A DNA stretch of 64,000 nt from Eledone cirrhosa (GCA_964016885.1 OZ024747.1:47244001-47308000), one strand, 5' to 3'. Positions 30,715-45,875 are shown, counted from the first letter of the stretch. Notes: a model not told the origin generated them from the sequence alone. Translations and numbers: made by a program.

Positions 30715-31492
30715 ATTATGTATAATCTCCCCATTTTGGCTCATTTCTCTCCGTTTTGGGGCACTTTTTATCATGGTATTTTCTTAGGTATTTAGAGGTT
30801 AGCAGGTCTCCCGTGTTAATCCATCCTCTATATTATGGAGACAAAACACAGTGAGAGTAATTCCTCCAACCCCAACAACTCTCTCTGAGATTGAAAGAAT
30901 ATATGCATGCAGTATTTCAAACACTACAAAATAACCAATCTGGAAAAAGGCCATTGGATTGCTTTTTTTTACTATGACGAGTTAATTAAAAAATACAATA
31001 CAAATATTTCTTATACATGTGTCAGGTGTCATGTACTATTAAAATCAATTTTAATTAGTGTTGCTTCAACATTTTAATTAACATAGTGAAATTCAATAAT
31101 ATATATATGTGTATAAACCACGTATATTATATATCAGAGGCGGTGGAAGCATTTCTGAATTGGTGGGGCGGGGCAAATTTGGTCAATTTAGTTGTAGTTA
31201 TTAGTTTTGCTCTTTGCAGTCTAAAATGGTCAGAAAACTTCGAAATTTGATAAACATAACATGTATATAAATTGTAGCGCATATCCAAATAGATGTGTGT
31301 TTTGGTAGTTTGGGGAGAAAAATATAATTAATCGAGAGGGGCACATGACCCCCCAGCCCTCTCCAGTTATACACGGTACACTCTTCCACCACCACCACCA
31401 CCCCCCTCTTTATATCAATTAACACTAAACTCTCTCCCTCATTACATCTACCACGACACTGTCTCTCTCAATACCTCTCTATCTATCAATTA

Positions 31493-31857
31493 CTCCCAGG
31501 TTTTGAATAACCCCCCCCCCCCCCCACCGGCTTATTAATTTTTCAACCACCCCACCATTTTATTCCACCCACCACGTCCCCGCTTATTAAAGTTTGCTAA
31601 TCAATTTCCAGTGAAAATTTTTTGGAAGTGATTCATATTGGTACAGCAACTGGAGAATCGGGTAATAATTTTAATTTACATTAAAAAAAACATCATATAT
31701 GACAAAAACAGAACATTAAAAGAAATCCCATATTTATGAACGTACACTAAACAATTACTGGTCACCCCCCCCCCCCCCCACACACACACACACACACACT
31801 CCCGCTTATAATAATTTCAGCAAATGTCCAGCCCTCCTATTATTTGAGGCCTGGGAG
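31493..31857. mobile_element. MITE with TA flanks (Tc1/mariner-like)
   Basis: TA-CTCCCAGG...AATAA / TTATT...CCTGGGAG-TA terminal inverted repeats. Confidence 0.65.
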
Positions 31858-31882
31858 TATATATAAATACATATATTATATA

Positions 31883-32209
31883 CAGAGGCGTGGAAGCATT
31901 TCTGAAGGGGGGAGGGCAATTTAGTTGTAATAATTAGTTTGCATTCTAAAATAGTCAGAAAATGTAATTTGAGTCCAAGCAGGTCACATGACATTTACAA
32001 GAAGGTCATGTGAATACACATACTAGCAATTGGGAAATAGTGATACGTGAAGACATGACAAAAAAATATACTAAGAAGGTAACATGTGCATGAATTATAG
32101 CACTTATACAAATAGATGTGTTTCGGTAGTTTGGGGAGAAAAATATAATTATTGGGGGGGGGGGGGTGCACATGGCCCCCTTCCTCTCCTCCCAGTTCCA
32201 ACACCCCTG
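31883..32209. mobile_element. Degenerate hAT-like MITE (second copy 31135-31375)
   Basis: CAGAGGCGTGGAA / TTCCAACACCCCTG termini; two homologous copies; no clear TSD. Confidence 0.5.
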
Positions 32210-33689
32210 TCTATACTTGTGTGTAGGTGCAGGGTGTGTTTGTTGGTGTGTGTGTATGCATATGTGAAGTTTGGTGGCTTAGTGGTTAGAGATTTCGAGT
32301 GGCGATCGTAATATCGTGAGTTCGATTCGCGCTGGCCCATTGAGTCATTGAACAGTTCTCTCATCAAAAATGAGTTGTCCTATTTCAAAGGGTCGGCTTT
32401 GTCCCACACTGTGTTTTAAACTGAATTTCCTTGAGAACTATGCCAAGTGCGCACATTTCGTTTGAATGCTCTGCCACTTGCACATTAATCTCCTGAGTAG
32501 ACTATTCTATTGTTTGAACTCAGGAGAGTCAATGGCCATCCAATAAAGTTTTTATTTTTTTTTTTTTAAGGTCACTCTGATATAAAACATACGACGCCGT
32601 TTTCATCCAATGATGTAGACCAGTTCTTCTTTTTGGGCAAATGCATTCGATGTTCAGAGAGTGGGATTTTCCCCGTGCAAAGCCTTTCCTCAATTAAAAA
32701 AGCTTTAAGCATAGGCATTGCTTGATGTGTGACATTTTGTGCGATGCATGGCATTGCTGACCATAGGCAATTCCTAGGCAGGACTAAAAAGCTACGTCCC
32801 TTGATGCTCATTCTTAAGTATCAAGACATTACTCGAAATCAAATTTCAGCCCTCATCATCATGTGTGTATGTATGTGTGCATGTATGTATGTATGCATTT
32901 ATGTATGTAGTGTGTACATACACAAATAAATTCTTAGAATGCATTTGTTCACAAAAAAGGAGAAACCACTCACAATATTAAATATAAGAATAGCTAAATT
33001 GAAATGTAGTGAAGTATAATAAAATGTATTCATTTTATATATCGAGGTTGTTTCATTCAGTAGTCTGAAAAGGGGATATATTTGATATTTTCAGTTTTTT
33101 CAGATGCCTGAAACATTATTCGCTGGTGATAGCTGGAACGACTTTGATCAGGATTTTAATAGGTCATAGTATGGACCAAGAAATTGGCAACAACGAAACC
33201 ATTCTAGGAATCCTTCACGGACATGAAATAACACAATTTATTATTAATGAACTCAATGACTCAATCTCTCCCATTTTAACGATAGCGATGTTGTGAGTGC
33301 TCATTCCCCTCTAACAAAAAAAATAGTAGAATACTAAAACTAAAAATAAACTAAAAAAATAACATAGTAAATTATATTAATGTAAATAAAAATAGCAATG
33401 ATACCTGACAATAAAATTTGTGGCTTCATTTTTCCGAGTCATTTTACAAAATTGAGAAGATTTCGTTTCAGACGTACTTATTCTATTTTTATTATCTTCT
33501 GTATTCTTAAATATGTGTTTATATGTTTATTTGGCCGATTGGTTGCTTGGTAGATAGTTTGGTTGTTTATTGGTTTGGTACACAACTGGATGAAATTGAC
33601 CATAATTGAAGATAGTTGCTAGTAAGCTGAAATATTCTGACGTCCAGCTGTCAGAAATATTTCAAACCGACATTTGTATGTCTTTCAAA

Positions 33690-33720
<31 letters not shown>

Positions 33721-33878
33721 GGGGGAGAGGAGGGGTGTAATTTTCTGATATACCATATTCTGAGGCCTCTATTACAGAATATAATTATATTTATGTATGT
33801 ATAAGTATAAATAATGTTATATACACACATGTTAAAACTCACGCACAAATAAACGTACATGAAAAAACAGAAATACAC

Positions 33879-33919
<41 letters not shown>

Positions 33920-34138
33920 GGTGAGTGAGCGTGTGGGTGTGTGTGCGTGTTCTCTTGTATTTAGTATTCTTCCGTAGATGTATGTGTATCTTTTAGGTGT
34001 TTGTTTATTTCAAAGAGAGAAAAACGGAATCATAATCATTTAATTAGCTGTCTTGAGGTTAGATTGATAGATTTATATACTTAGATTGATAGATTTATAT
34101 ACAATGAAAAATAAGAAAAACAGAAATATCTACCTAAA

Positions 34139-34213
<75 letters not shown>

Positions 34214-34748
34214 CTCACTCTGTGATGTGGATGTGTATGTGTATGTGTGTGTGTCTATGAATAAAATGGGCGTTACACGGTGTACATGTTGCAAATTATT
34301 CCTTGCGGTAAAAATCTACTGCACCATATTCATCAGACACGTCGTTTCGTCCCTCGTAAAAAATACTGGAATTTTGTTATCAGGAATAAAATAAAAGAAG
34401 CTTGGCAAATTAAAATATAAGAGGAGATAACTTAGGTTCGCATCCGGTGAGATACATTCCCTTGAATTGTTAGAAACTCTGTTGAGAAAGTATTTGCAAA
34501 TACTATAGTAATTCTACGTGATGAAGAAACTGATTCAAACCACAACCTGACGTGTTAAACAAAAGAATTGATGCGAATCGTGGGCAAATATAGCTCAGCG
34601 AATTTCATCCCTCTGCAGGCCTGACCACGACCCATATTCCCCAGGTAAGAGGTTTACTCAAGGGCACGTAACCGTTGGAAACACATCCGCCTTGGCCATT
34701 TATTGGAAAGTCCGAGAAATTCATCTGCCTAGTTTTCTCGCCCTCCAG

Positions 34749-34862
34749 CTGAAGTGGTCTACCAGGCTGTGGCATGTGAAGTCTGTCGTAAAATCTTTAG
34801 CGAGTGGATGAGGATCTGCGACCTTATCAACTCCCAAGTGGTGAAGCTGTCAGACGTTAAAG
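34749..34862 (+). CDS. Candidate 114-bp coding exon of an unknown host gene
   Basis: Pyrimidine tract + CAG acceptor, AG|GTAC donor, open frame EVVYQAVACEVCRKIFSEWMRICDLINSQVVKLSDVK, GC-richer unique sequence; no homology recognised. Confidence 0.25.
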
Positions 34863-36569
34863 GTACTATTTCTACCTAGATTCCTCTTCATCCCAGTATT
34901 GAAATAACGTATCTTAAATCCCGTTACTCTATTTTCAAAGCAAAAACTATAACGGTGCCCTGTAGAAAATAACGTTTCTTGAAATCATTTCACCCCTTTG
35001 ATACACTACGACGCAACTAAAGGCGGTATGGTGTCGGCTGGAAAGTACTTGACCAGAAGTTTGTTCGATGAAGACTGCTTAGAGAATAAACACTGGTTTC
35101 TAATTTACGCAGAAGGCCAAGAATTTCGGTATAAAAAGTGATGTTGATACATGTAGCATTCGAACTGTAAGCCTAACGAGATGTAAAATAGTTAAATAAC
35201 GAAATACATTTTCCCTTTTCTTTCCCACAGAGTTTGATTAGAACAAATTATCGATTTTATTAATTGATGCTGTTGTATAGGCTCAAGTCAGGCTATATCA
35301 CACAGAATTATAGTCACAGCTAGGATCACCTCGTATTTCCTTTCGAGCATAAGGTATATAAGACTATTTTAATCAAATTGCCCTTCTCTTTTAAGACAAT
35401 AGTGTGTGTATATGTGTGTATATGTGTATATATTTTAGGGTTTAAGTCTATGTCGGAGCAAACCTTGGTGAAAGCTTTCAGCGATAACTATCCTACTCTT
35501 TCTTTATTCAAAAATTAATTAGGACTACAATATTATCCAATGCGTTCTTTTTTTTCCGGCAGCAATGTGTAGTTTGAATGAGATATGACTGCAATTTGTA
35601 GCAGGTCGAATGGCGACGTAAAGTCTCCCTCGTGGACATATTGGATTAATTAAATTTCTAGAATGTGATTGCTGTTATTATGTTTTTGTCATGTTTTAAT
35701 TTGAGATAGCAACAGTATACACTTTGTTGTTGATCATACTAAGTCAGATATATTGTTTGTAAAATAACGAGTAGAAGGATGTAAACAAAAAAATCAAAAG
35801 CATTATCGGTAATAGTGTTATACAATTAAGAGAAAAGAACGTAATTGATAAATATTTCCCAAAAGATTTGGTGTTGATTAACAAGAAAATTGTTTTGGGT
35901 GGTTTACGTAGTGTCTTTATTATTGTTTTGTTTTAAAAAAAAAAAACTCTTTAAACAACATCAGTCAAGTTACGTGTGTGTAAACACATATAGACACAGA
36001 CACACACACGCACAGTCACATTCACGTACATATACATATGTGTCTCTGTGAGGGGGGGGGGCGTATCTTGAATGCGTTATCTCGTTACTAGAGTTTTACG
36101 TCAATGCGATCTGAAGGCGAGAATTGTTTACATTTGTGTACTCGGTTAATTCTAGAAACATTGAAGACTGGTCATTCTTTTGACTACCATTTATATTGTC
36201 CAATTTCTGAGGTGTCATAATAGAATATTCTTCTATTATTATTGGTCAGTTCAGTAGTTACCCAATAGCAGTTCATTGGTTACGTCATTTTATCGTATTT
36301 GCAAAAGGTGCCTTTACTGCGGCATCCTCGATGTTACACCATTCTGACATGGTTGTATGATTTTCGGAGCCAATCGAGACCCGCATGACTATAATATCTC
36401 AACCCGACTATGAGTAGTTTTTAAATACCTTTCTACTCGTGAGGAGGAGTCAAGGTTCTATGTCATTACCAATATATCGGTGGTTGTGTTGTCGATATTG
36501 CAGTTGTTGCTGGTTTTGTTGTCGTTTTTATTGCTGCTGTTGGTGGTGTTGTTTGTTATTTTTAGTCAC

Positions 36570-37130
36570 ATAGGCACAAGGGCGTTACTGGTACTCTATT
36601 TTATCGACCTCGAAATGATGAAAGGTAAAGTTGACCTCGGCGGGATTTGAGCTCAGAGAGCTGAGAGTCGGAACCAATACAACAAAACATTCCATCCGAC
36701 GTTCTAACGACTCTGTTAATAACAATGATAATGGTTTCTGATTTAGGTACAAGGCCAGCAAATTTGTGGGAGAGGAAGGTCGATTAAATCGACTCCAGTG
36801 CATTACTTGTGCCTTATTTTATAGATCCTGTAAGGATGAAAGGCAAAACTCAGCTCGGCGAGATTTGAATGTAAAGGACTCTAACTATATGCTGCAAAGC
36901 ATGTCCGACCCTCTACCGATACTACTAATCCACCGATAATAATAGTTTCTACTTTTGGCACAAGGCCAGCAATCACCCAGTACATTACTGGTACTTTATT
37001 TTATCGACCCCGTAAGGATGAAAGGCAAAGTTAATTAACCTCGACGGGATTTGAACTGAGACCGTAAAGGGACGTAACTATGCTGGAAAGCATGGCGTCC
37101 GACTCTCTACCGATACTGCCAATCCACCGA
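36570..37130 (-). mobile_element. Cluster of three SINE family A-related copies
   Basis: Sequence matches; copies separated by (ATA) tracts. Confidence 0.75.
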
Positions 37131-37136
37131 TAATAA

Positions 37137-37640
37137 TGCACCAAATGCAGACTGTGCAACCAGAACAATGAGATAGCAGCTGGTGATGGTGCTGTCAGCT
37201 AACTCCTTGCCAAGTCTGGCTGAGTTGGCAGCTATATCCACTAGGAATCCATTTAGAAATGTATAAGAGGTATAAACATACACCAAACATGGTACATGAC
37301 AACGACCTGGCCACAATAAGCTATGATATACCCATCCAAATGGACAAAGAAATCAAGACAAACTGCCCACTCATAATAATGAAGAACTGGAAAAATGCAT
37401 GCACACCGATAAACAACACGGTCTTTTCTGGCCTACATATTGCCTGAAAAGAAGTGGCAAAATTTATCAAAGCACAAAATATACAGGATGTAAAAACAAA
37501 GGAGCATTAAATATGATGAAAGATATATGAACAAATACTTACAGGCCATACGCTAGACAGTGCTTATTCAAGAGCAAAACTCAAATACAAGACTCTGCTC
37601 CCATCAGACACATCCTATACAATAAGCATCTGATAAAATA
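37137..37640 (+). mobile_element. Dong/R4-clade LINE 3' fragment (CCHC plus restriction-like endonuclease), degenerate
   Basis: PKCRLCNQNNE; YKHTPNMVHDNDLATISYDIPIQMDKEIKTNCPLII resembles the R4/Dong W.H.P..V.EN....LWD..IQTD....NRPDI pattern. Confidence 0.65.
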
Positions 37641-37889
37641 AAACATAACTCACACGAATAATCTTCAACAATAACAAATATTATATTATATATAACAGCA
37701 GAACAAACACTAAAAGAACACAAAGAAATAAACCCTATAAAACAACGCTAGCGCAATACACTGACAGTAGTAGTAAATATTCCCCCAATCAACACAAAAC
37801 AAAAACAATTACTGCACATAGCACAGGAAGAAATAATAGTAAGAAAATAATGTTTGCAATTATAGCGACAATAATGATAAATATAGTAA

Positions 37890-38075
37890 TTTGGGAGTAG
37901 GCGGAAGTCGATTAAATTGGCATCAGTGCGGGACTGGTGCTTTATTTTATCGACCCCATAAGTATGAAAGGCAAAGTTAACCTCGGCAGGGTTTGAAATC
38001 AGATGATAAAGGGCCGTAACTCTATGCTCCAAAGCATGGCACCGGACCCTCTACCGATACTGCCAATCCACTGCC
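37890..38075 (-). mobile_element. SINE family A
   Basis: Sequence match; flanked by duplicated TTATAGCGACAATAATGATA (37860 and 38080). Confidence 0.8.
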
Positions 38076-38457
38076 CTTATTATAGCGACAATAATGATAG
38101 ATATACCAATTACATTTGTTCATATATTGGGTCTCGAATTCGTGGTGGAGTTATAAGGACACTGTTGTGATATACTTGGGTAATTTTAAACCTGGTGAAG
38201 CTCACAGCCAATTTCTTTAAGCGACAAAACGAGACATAGACGAATCGACACCAAAACTTTGCGAGACAAAGTTGATATCGACAGTTTATGAACTCAGAGA
38301 GCCTAGACTAATAACACAAAGCATTCTACGCGACATTCTGACGAAACAACCAATTCATTACCTAGGGAACGGATGAAAAACCCAAAAGCACGAACTTCAT
38401 CCGTTCCCATGTCGATTCAATTTGGATTGCCTCGGAAACAACCTTATTATGTAACAA

Positions 38458-38531
38458 GCTGTCTGATGATGACACGACACTCGCACACAGAACAGTGTGG
38501 CCAGTGTCGTCATTGAAATATATATCACAGC
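38458..38531 (+). ncRNA. Type I hammerhead motif
   Basis: GCUGU-CUGAUGA-long stem II (ACGACACU/AGUGUCGU)-GAAAUAUAUAUC/ACAGC. Confidence 0.75.
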
Positions 38532-38578
38532 ATTATTATTAAACGACTTGAACATCTGAAACTACTTCGCTTTTCCTT

Positions 38579-38627
<49 letters not shown>

Positions 38628-38635
38628 TATATATA

Positions 38636-38752
38636 TGAGGAAGGGCTTATGCCCGAAACGTCGTCCCCCACCAACACCCCACTCTCCAGAGCGTGAAATT
38701 AATAAACATTCGTTGTACTGCCTCTCTGTTTTGTCCCCGTTCAAATTTTTCC

Positions 38753-38755
<3 letters not shown>
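38636..38755 (+). mobile_element. Short repeat starting inside a truncated hammerhead
   Basis: UGAGGA-aGGGC uuau GCCC-GAAACGUC lacking C3 and stem I; downstream part recurs at 61815-61900(-). Confidence 0.55.
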
Positions 38756-38851
<96 letters not shown>

Positions 38852-38970
38852 GGAAAAAGCCGTCGGGGTTATACTTTTTCCTATTACCCACTCTACTACC
38901 CTAAGTATTGAGTACTCTGGTGCGTTATGGTCCATCTGGTTCCTTACCACAACTCCTTCGTTATATATAT

Positions 38971-39095
<125 letters not shown>

Positions 39096-39144
39096 GCTTC
39101 TACAGGACTAGAACTGTTTCATTCGTGAGAAATCCTCAGGAAGC
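39096..39144 (-). ncRNA. Type I hammerhead with full stem III
   Basis: GCUUC-CUGAGGA-uUUC ucac GAAu-GAA-ACAG uucuaguc CUGU-A/GAAGC. Confidence 0.8.
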
Positions 39145-39249
39145 CCTATATTAAAACATTTATACTCTGCTATGTATTGAGTAGCTTACTTACTGTGGTT
39201 ACCGCCATTCAACCCTAAATAACTTATATATATATATATATATACAAAT

Positions 39250-40010
39250 TTTGGTACAGCATCAACGAAGCTTTTGGTAGCAGGCAAGCTAACGAATGCA
39301 GTTTCAGTGTACAGCTAAGCACTCAATGGAGAATATTACCCCAGAGTTATAACATTACGTTTAGACAGCTATGCAAATCAAATACAGCGACCGATAGACG
39401 GGCCGCAGAGACCATAGTGACGAAAAAAACTGAACTCAGGAAAAATGTATATATATATACACATACATATGCATACATACATGCATATATATGTTTATAC
39501 ATGCATCCATACATGTATGTGTGTGTGTGTCTCTGAATGTATGTATATCTCTTGTTGGCGAAGGGGTCTGTGTAATGAAGGTGTATGTCTGTGTTTACAT
39601 ATATGTACATATGTAGATATGGCTGAAATCTAATGACTGAAAACAGTAAGAGAATAAATGGGTAAGAAAGCATATATATATATTTCCTTCTTTCTTACAT
39701 CGGATTCATCGCGAAAGGTCTCTTTCTTACTCGCTCATATATTCACCCAGCTTATACTGATAAAATAACTATGTAGCTTGTGTTTCTTCCTATATTCGGT
39801 TAGCTTTCCCCTGTTTTTTTTACTTGTCTCACTCGCTTTACGCGTTTTAATTGTCCTAATAACTTATTTTAGTTATTATTGCACAAACGTGAGGTATATG
39901 ATTTTTAATGCAATGAAATACCAATGACCGTTGGCAAATCACTGATGAGGGACTCATTTTATAACATGTTATCCATGTGCAACCATGCAGTATTCTTCTC
40001 CCCATATTTT
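39250..40010 (+). repeat. Interspersed repeat of unknown class, homologous to 58395-58845 and partly to 61570-61690(-)
   Basis: Shared GCAAGCTAACGAATGC..GTTTAGACAGCTATGCAAAT and GAAATACCAATGA..ATCACTGATGA blocks. Confidence 0.6.
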
Positions 40011-40015
40011 TCACG

Positions 40016-40049
<34 letters not shown>

Positions 40050-40314
40050 TATATCCCTAACAAAGTCTTTAGATTCTTTCTCTTTCCATGTCTCGCTAAC
40101 TGTATCACTGAAATATTCCCTCGTACACAATGTCTGAATCAAACATACTGTTGGTTATCTAGTTTGTGTGAACGCGAGTGTGTTTCAATATATACATAAG
40201 TAGTCTTATTTCCCCACTAAATTTGTACATTTAATTGTTTCTCTCTTTCTGTAATTCCACTCCTCATTTCTTGCTTTCTACCCATCTCTGTGTGTGTATG
40301 TGTATATATACATA

Positions 40315-40402
<88 letters not shown>

Positions 40403-40508
40403 TAAATAAATATATATATATAAATAAATATATATATATATAAATATATATATATATAAATATATATAAATATATAAATATATATATATATATTTATTTA
40501 TATATATA

Positions 40509-40570
<62 letters not shown>

Positions 40571-40640
40571 TATATATATATATATATGCATATAATTATA
40601 TATATGCATATATATATATATATGTGCATATATATATATA

Positions 40641-40692
<52 letters not shown>

Positions 40693-40721
40693 CATATATA
40701 TATATGCATATATATATATGC

Positions 40722-40820
<99 letters not shown>

Positions 40821-40835
40821 AACACACACAGACGA

Positions 40836-40923
<88 letters not shown>

Positions 40924-41179
40924 ATTGTATATATTTGCTCTGGCACAGGCTACTCCTTGATTCTAACTCTTATTTTTTTCTTTCCTCTAATCTTAATGGC
41001 AAATACTGTTCAGTAGAAGAAACATTCCATAAAAAGCTATGTACATTAATTGCTTTGTTGCCAAATTTAACCTTATCCTCAGACAATCACACAAACACCT
41101 ACCGACATATTCTCATCTACACACATACACACACATTATATATATATATATATTATATATATATATTATATATATATAT

Positions 41180-41211
<32 letters not shown>

Positions 41212-41226
41212 ATTATATATATATAT

Positions 41227-41258
<32 letters not shown>

Positions 41259-41273
41259 ATTATATATATATAT

Positions 41274-41307
<34 letters not shown>

Positions 41308-41356
41308 ATAATATATATATAATATATATATATTATATATATATATATATTATATA

Positions 41357-41421
<65 letters not shown>

Positions 41422-41525
41422 TATATATATTATATATATATTATATATATATATATACATATATATTATATATATTATATATATATATTATATATATATA
41501 TTATATATATATATTATATATATTA

Positions 41526-41596
<71 letters not shown>

Positions 41597-42078
41597 ATAT
41601 ATATTATGTGTGCATATTTTTAACCTTAGCGATATATTTCCATATTATGCAACCCTAGGGAAATAGTTTTACGTCGAAGAGAAGAGAAAAAAATTGGCTA
41701 GGGTGGTAGGGGAGATAATTTTGATAGCGATTCGAATAAGAGCTTATTGGATTATAAAGTTTATGGCATCTCGTAGCCATATTTCTTCCCATTTTTTTTA
41801 TTCCCCCCCCCCTCACACACACACATCCCACCTCTCTCTCTATCTCTTTTCTCTTTCTCTCGTTCTCTTGCACACTCTCTCGCCCCCCCCCCTCTTTCTC
41901 TCTCCAGCAAATAACATCCTGTGCGTCCCGTTTCTCTCTTGCTCTCTCCCTGTTCCACACTCTCTCTTTCTCTCTCGCTCTCTCTCTCTCTAGCAAATAA
42001 CATCCTCTGTGTCCCGTTTCTCTCTTCCTCTCTCTTCTGTTTCTGCTCCTCTCTCTCTCTCTCTTTCTCCCCCTCTCT

Positions 42079-42110
<32 letters not shown>

Positions 42111-42509
42111 GCTCTGTACTTTCAATCAATATCCGATATATGTTTAGTTTTGCTTTTCTATTTCATTCTATTCATGGTGCTGTCGTTTTGCTTCTCTTGT
42201 ATGTTTCATTGTTTCTTTGCCTTTTTCATATTGTTTGCAATAGTTCACCGACCTTATAAAAATTACAACAATCTTCTTCATACAAAGGGAAATAATTACA
42301 ACACAACGGAAAATCAACTTCAAATATATATCTAATTCCATATGTCCACTAATGGTGACTGTTAACTAAAGCAATATTACTTTTGTTAAAGTTCTTGAAT
42401 CTTCTGTTAGTAACATACGAATCTAATATTGACAGCAGTGTGTAAGAGGACAATTATTAAATAAATACCTACATACACAATAATGATTATGATAATAGTT
42501 ATTATGTGT

Positions 42510-42850
42510 ATATGGAGAGAGAGGTGCTGTACCCCAGCAAGTTTTATGAAAGGTGGGTGAAAGTGGCGAGAATGGCCCGAGTGAATGGGCCTTCACTCTA
42601 TATCAGCCTGTAGGTTGAGGAAAAGGAGGAGGAGAGGAAAGGAGTACAAGCTCTTCGTACTCCTGGAGATGAGGGTTGCACATTTTTTTCGGGGGTCTGT
42701 GTTACCCATATAAACTGTCTCCCTCTATTGGGGAAAATCGACCAACTTTTAAATTCCATCTGTGATAACATTTTACACGTTTTTATTGTATGTAAACTTC
42801 CCCCTTTGTATTTGTCCCCTTCTTTTGTGCCCCTGTGGCTAATAAAAAAA
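42510..42850 (+). mobile_element. Tx1/L1-clade LINE extreme 3' fragment
   Basis: Homologous to 7695-8050; ends in CCTGTGGCTAATAAAAAAA. Confidence 0.75.
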
Positions 42851-42864
42851 TATATATATATATA

Positions 42865-43427
<563 letters not shown>

Positions 43428-43428
43428 C

Positions 43429-43628
43429 NNNNNNNNNNNNNNNNNNNNNNNNNNNNNNNNNNNNNNNNNNNNNNNNNNNNNNNNNNNNNNNNNNNNNNNN
43501 NNNNNNNNNNNNNNNNNNNNNNNNNNNNNNNNNNNNNNNNNNNNNNNNNNNNNNNNNNNNNNNNNNNNNNNNNNNNNNNNNNNNNNNNNNNNNNNNNNNN
43601 NNNNNNNNNNNNNNNNNNNNNNNNNNNN
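43429..43628. other. Assembly gap (200 N)
   Basis: Direct reading. Confidence 1.
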
Positions 43629-43654
43629 ATGGATAGGCTTTACTTGACTTCTGT

Positions 43655-43832
43655 TCTAGCAATGTACTCTATTATGAACATCTTCCACCACAGAGACATC
43701 CATAAATATACATGGCATAAAGGGAATCAGGAACAGAGATTAATAATTCATTTTGTTATTGTCACTGATCTCTTTGATTCTGTGATGGATGTTCGTGTTA
43801 AGAGAGGGGCTGAAGTGTCAACCGATCACCTG
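43655..43832 (+). mobile_element. RTE-clade APE endonuclease fragment
   Basis: IMNIFHHRDIHKYTW...IHFVIV...VMDVRVKRGAEVSTDHLL. Confidence 0.75.
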
Positions 43833-44503
43833 TTAGAAATCACTGTCAAATCTCCCTCAAATCAGAATACTGACATTTTGAAAAAAAAACACTTACGAGG
43901 TAATTTCGCCCAAGAAACAGCGAATAAATGAATTTGTCATGATTGGAAAGCCTTCAATCATAGATTTCTGCTCGATCAGGGTTGACCTGGTGCTAAACAA
44001 CTCGAAACGAACGAGAATGTCCTTTATTTTAAGGAAGCAAGAACTTGCAATTATTTTATCAAGCAAACGAACAGTAAAAATAACACTTCAGCGAGGTGAA
44101 ATGGGGAACGTCCTGGGGTTAAACAACAACAATGCTGGCGATGACAACAATAGCAACATCAAATCCATTAAGATTGTTTCCTAACTGTTTCAATGAGACA
44201 AACCTCGAGATCTGAACACTTCTTAGTCAGTGACCTAGTTTAAACTAAACCAGGTCATTAATTAATTCATAAAATGTATTTTTTCTGTCTACGCTCTCAC
44301 AACACAGCTCTCTCACTACTTTAGCTATTTTCGTATTGATTTTGATTTCATTTATGTCCAGTCTGTATGTTACTTTGTAGTGTCAAAAAATAAAATAGCC
44401 AAAACAAATGAAAATGAAAAAAGAAATAAAATCGATACTTCGACTATACTAAAAGCTACAAATTCGATTGGTGAAACCATTTGCATGCTATATATGTAAT
44501 AGG

Positions 44504-44578
<75 letters not shown>

Positions 44579-45626
44579 ATTTGTATGCTATATATATATA
44601 TATATAATAGGTACTTCGTATTTATATATGTGGAACAGCTTTTCTTTTAAACATATATTGAAAACACGACTGTGTTCTTGTTATATTTTTTATCAAGGTT
44701 TCAACATATTTCGTATGAATTCCTTGCAATTTAGTTGCAAAACTAAAGTTTTGAAATCCTTCACCAATGAATCCAAATTTCTTGATCCCATCTTCTGGAG
44801 GAAGTGACGTTGACATGTGTTACTGCCTGTTTATAGTTCACACTGTTGCTATAAGTGACAAAGACAGGACTTTGAATTTGTTACCGTTTATACTTAATCT
44901 ATGGGTCGATAAATAAAGTACTCTTTAAGTACTAGGATCAATTTAATCGACTTTCCCTTCTCTTTAAGAATTGCTGCTCTTGTGCTTAAATTAGAAACCA
45001 TTATTATTCTCATTATCTCATTCGTTTATATAAGTGAGGTGAAATAATAACGCTTTATTTTATCTCTTCTACACTCCCTGCCAATTTATACTTGTTAAAT
45101 TTATCGCACCCCATCGCCATTTCTTTGTCATTCTCCGTCGCTCACTCCCGTCTATCTCCCTCTTTCCCAGTCACTGATCTAAAGGTGTCATTTCAAACAA
45201 AGTAGCCATTACAGAAATCATCAGGTTATTTCGCTACTGTTTATAATATAACCGACCACTGAAAGAAGTACTGAAAGACCTCGAAAAATAGTGTGAGTTA
45301 TTGTTTTGTGCCGTAATTGGTTCCAAAACCACTATGCTATGCTGATTGAGTACTTGGCTTAACAACCACCGTATTACCACACTTATCTGATGCTGCTCCT
45401 TCCACTTTGATCAGCGTCCCGGAAACATTTCCAAATTAGGTAACTCATTATAACACCAATCGACAGACATAATCATACTCGTACATTGTCACAGCCGTAC
45501 ACAAACACATAGACAGACAGATAGTGAGAGAGTTAGATAGAGAGATAGATATAGACAGAGGGATGAAGAGAGAGAGAGAGAGAGAGGGAGGTGGGTGTAG
45601 AGACAGGGGTGTAAAGAGATTGATGT

Positions 45627-45710
<84 letters not shown>

Positions 45711-45736
45711 ATATATATATGTGTGTGTGTATATAC

Positions 45737-45779
<43 letters not shown>

Positions 45780-45875
45780 TATACACACACACATATATAT
45801 ATATACATATATACATATATATACATATATATATATATACATACATATATACATATATACATATATACATACATA

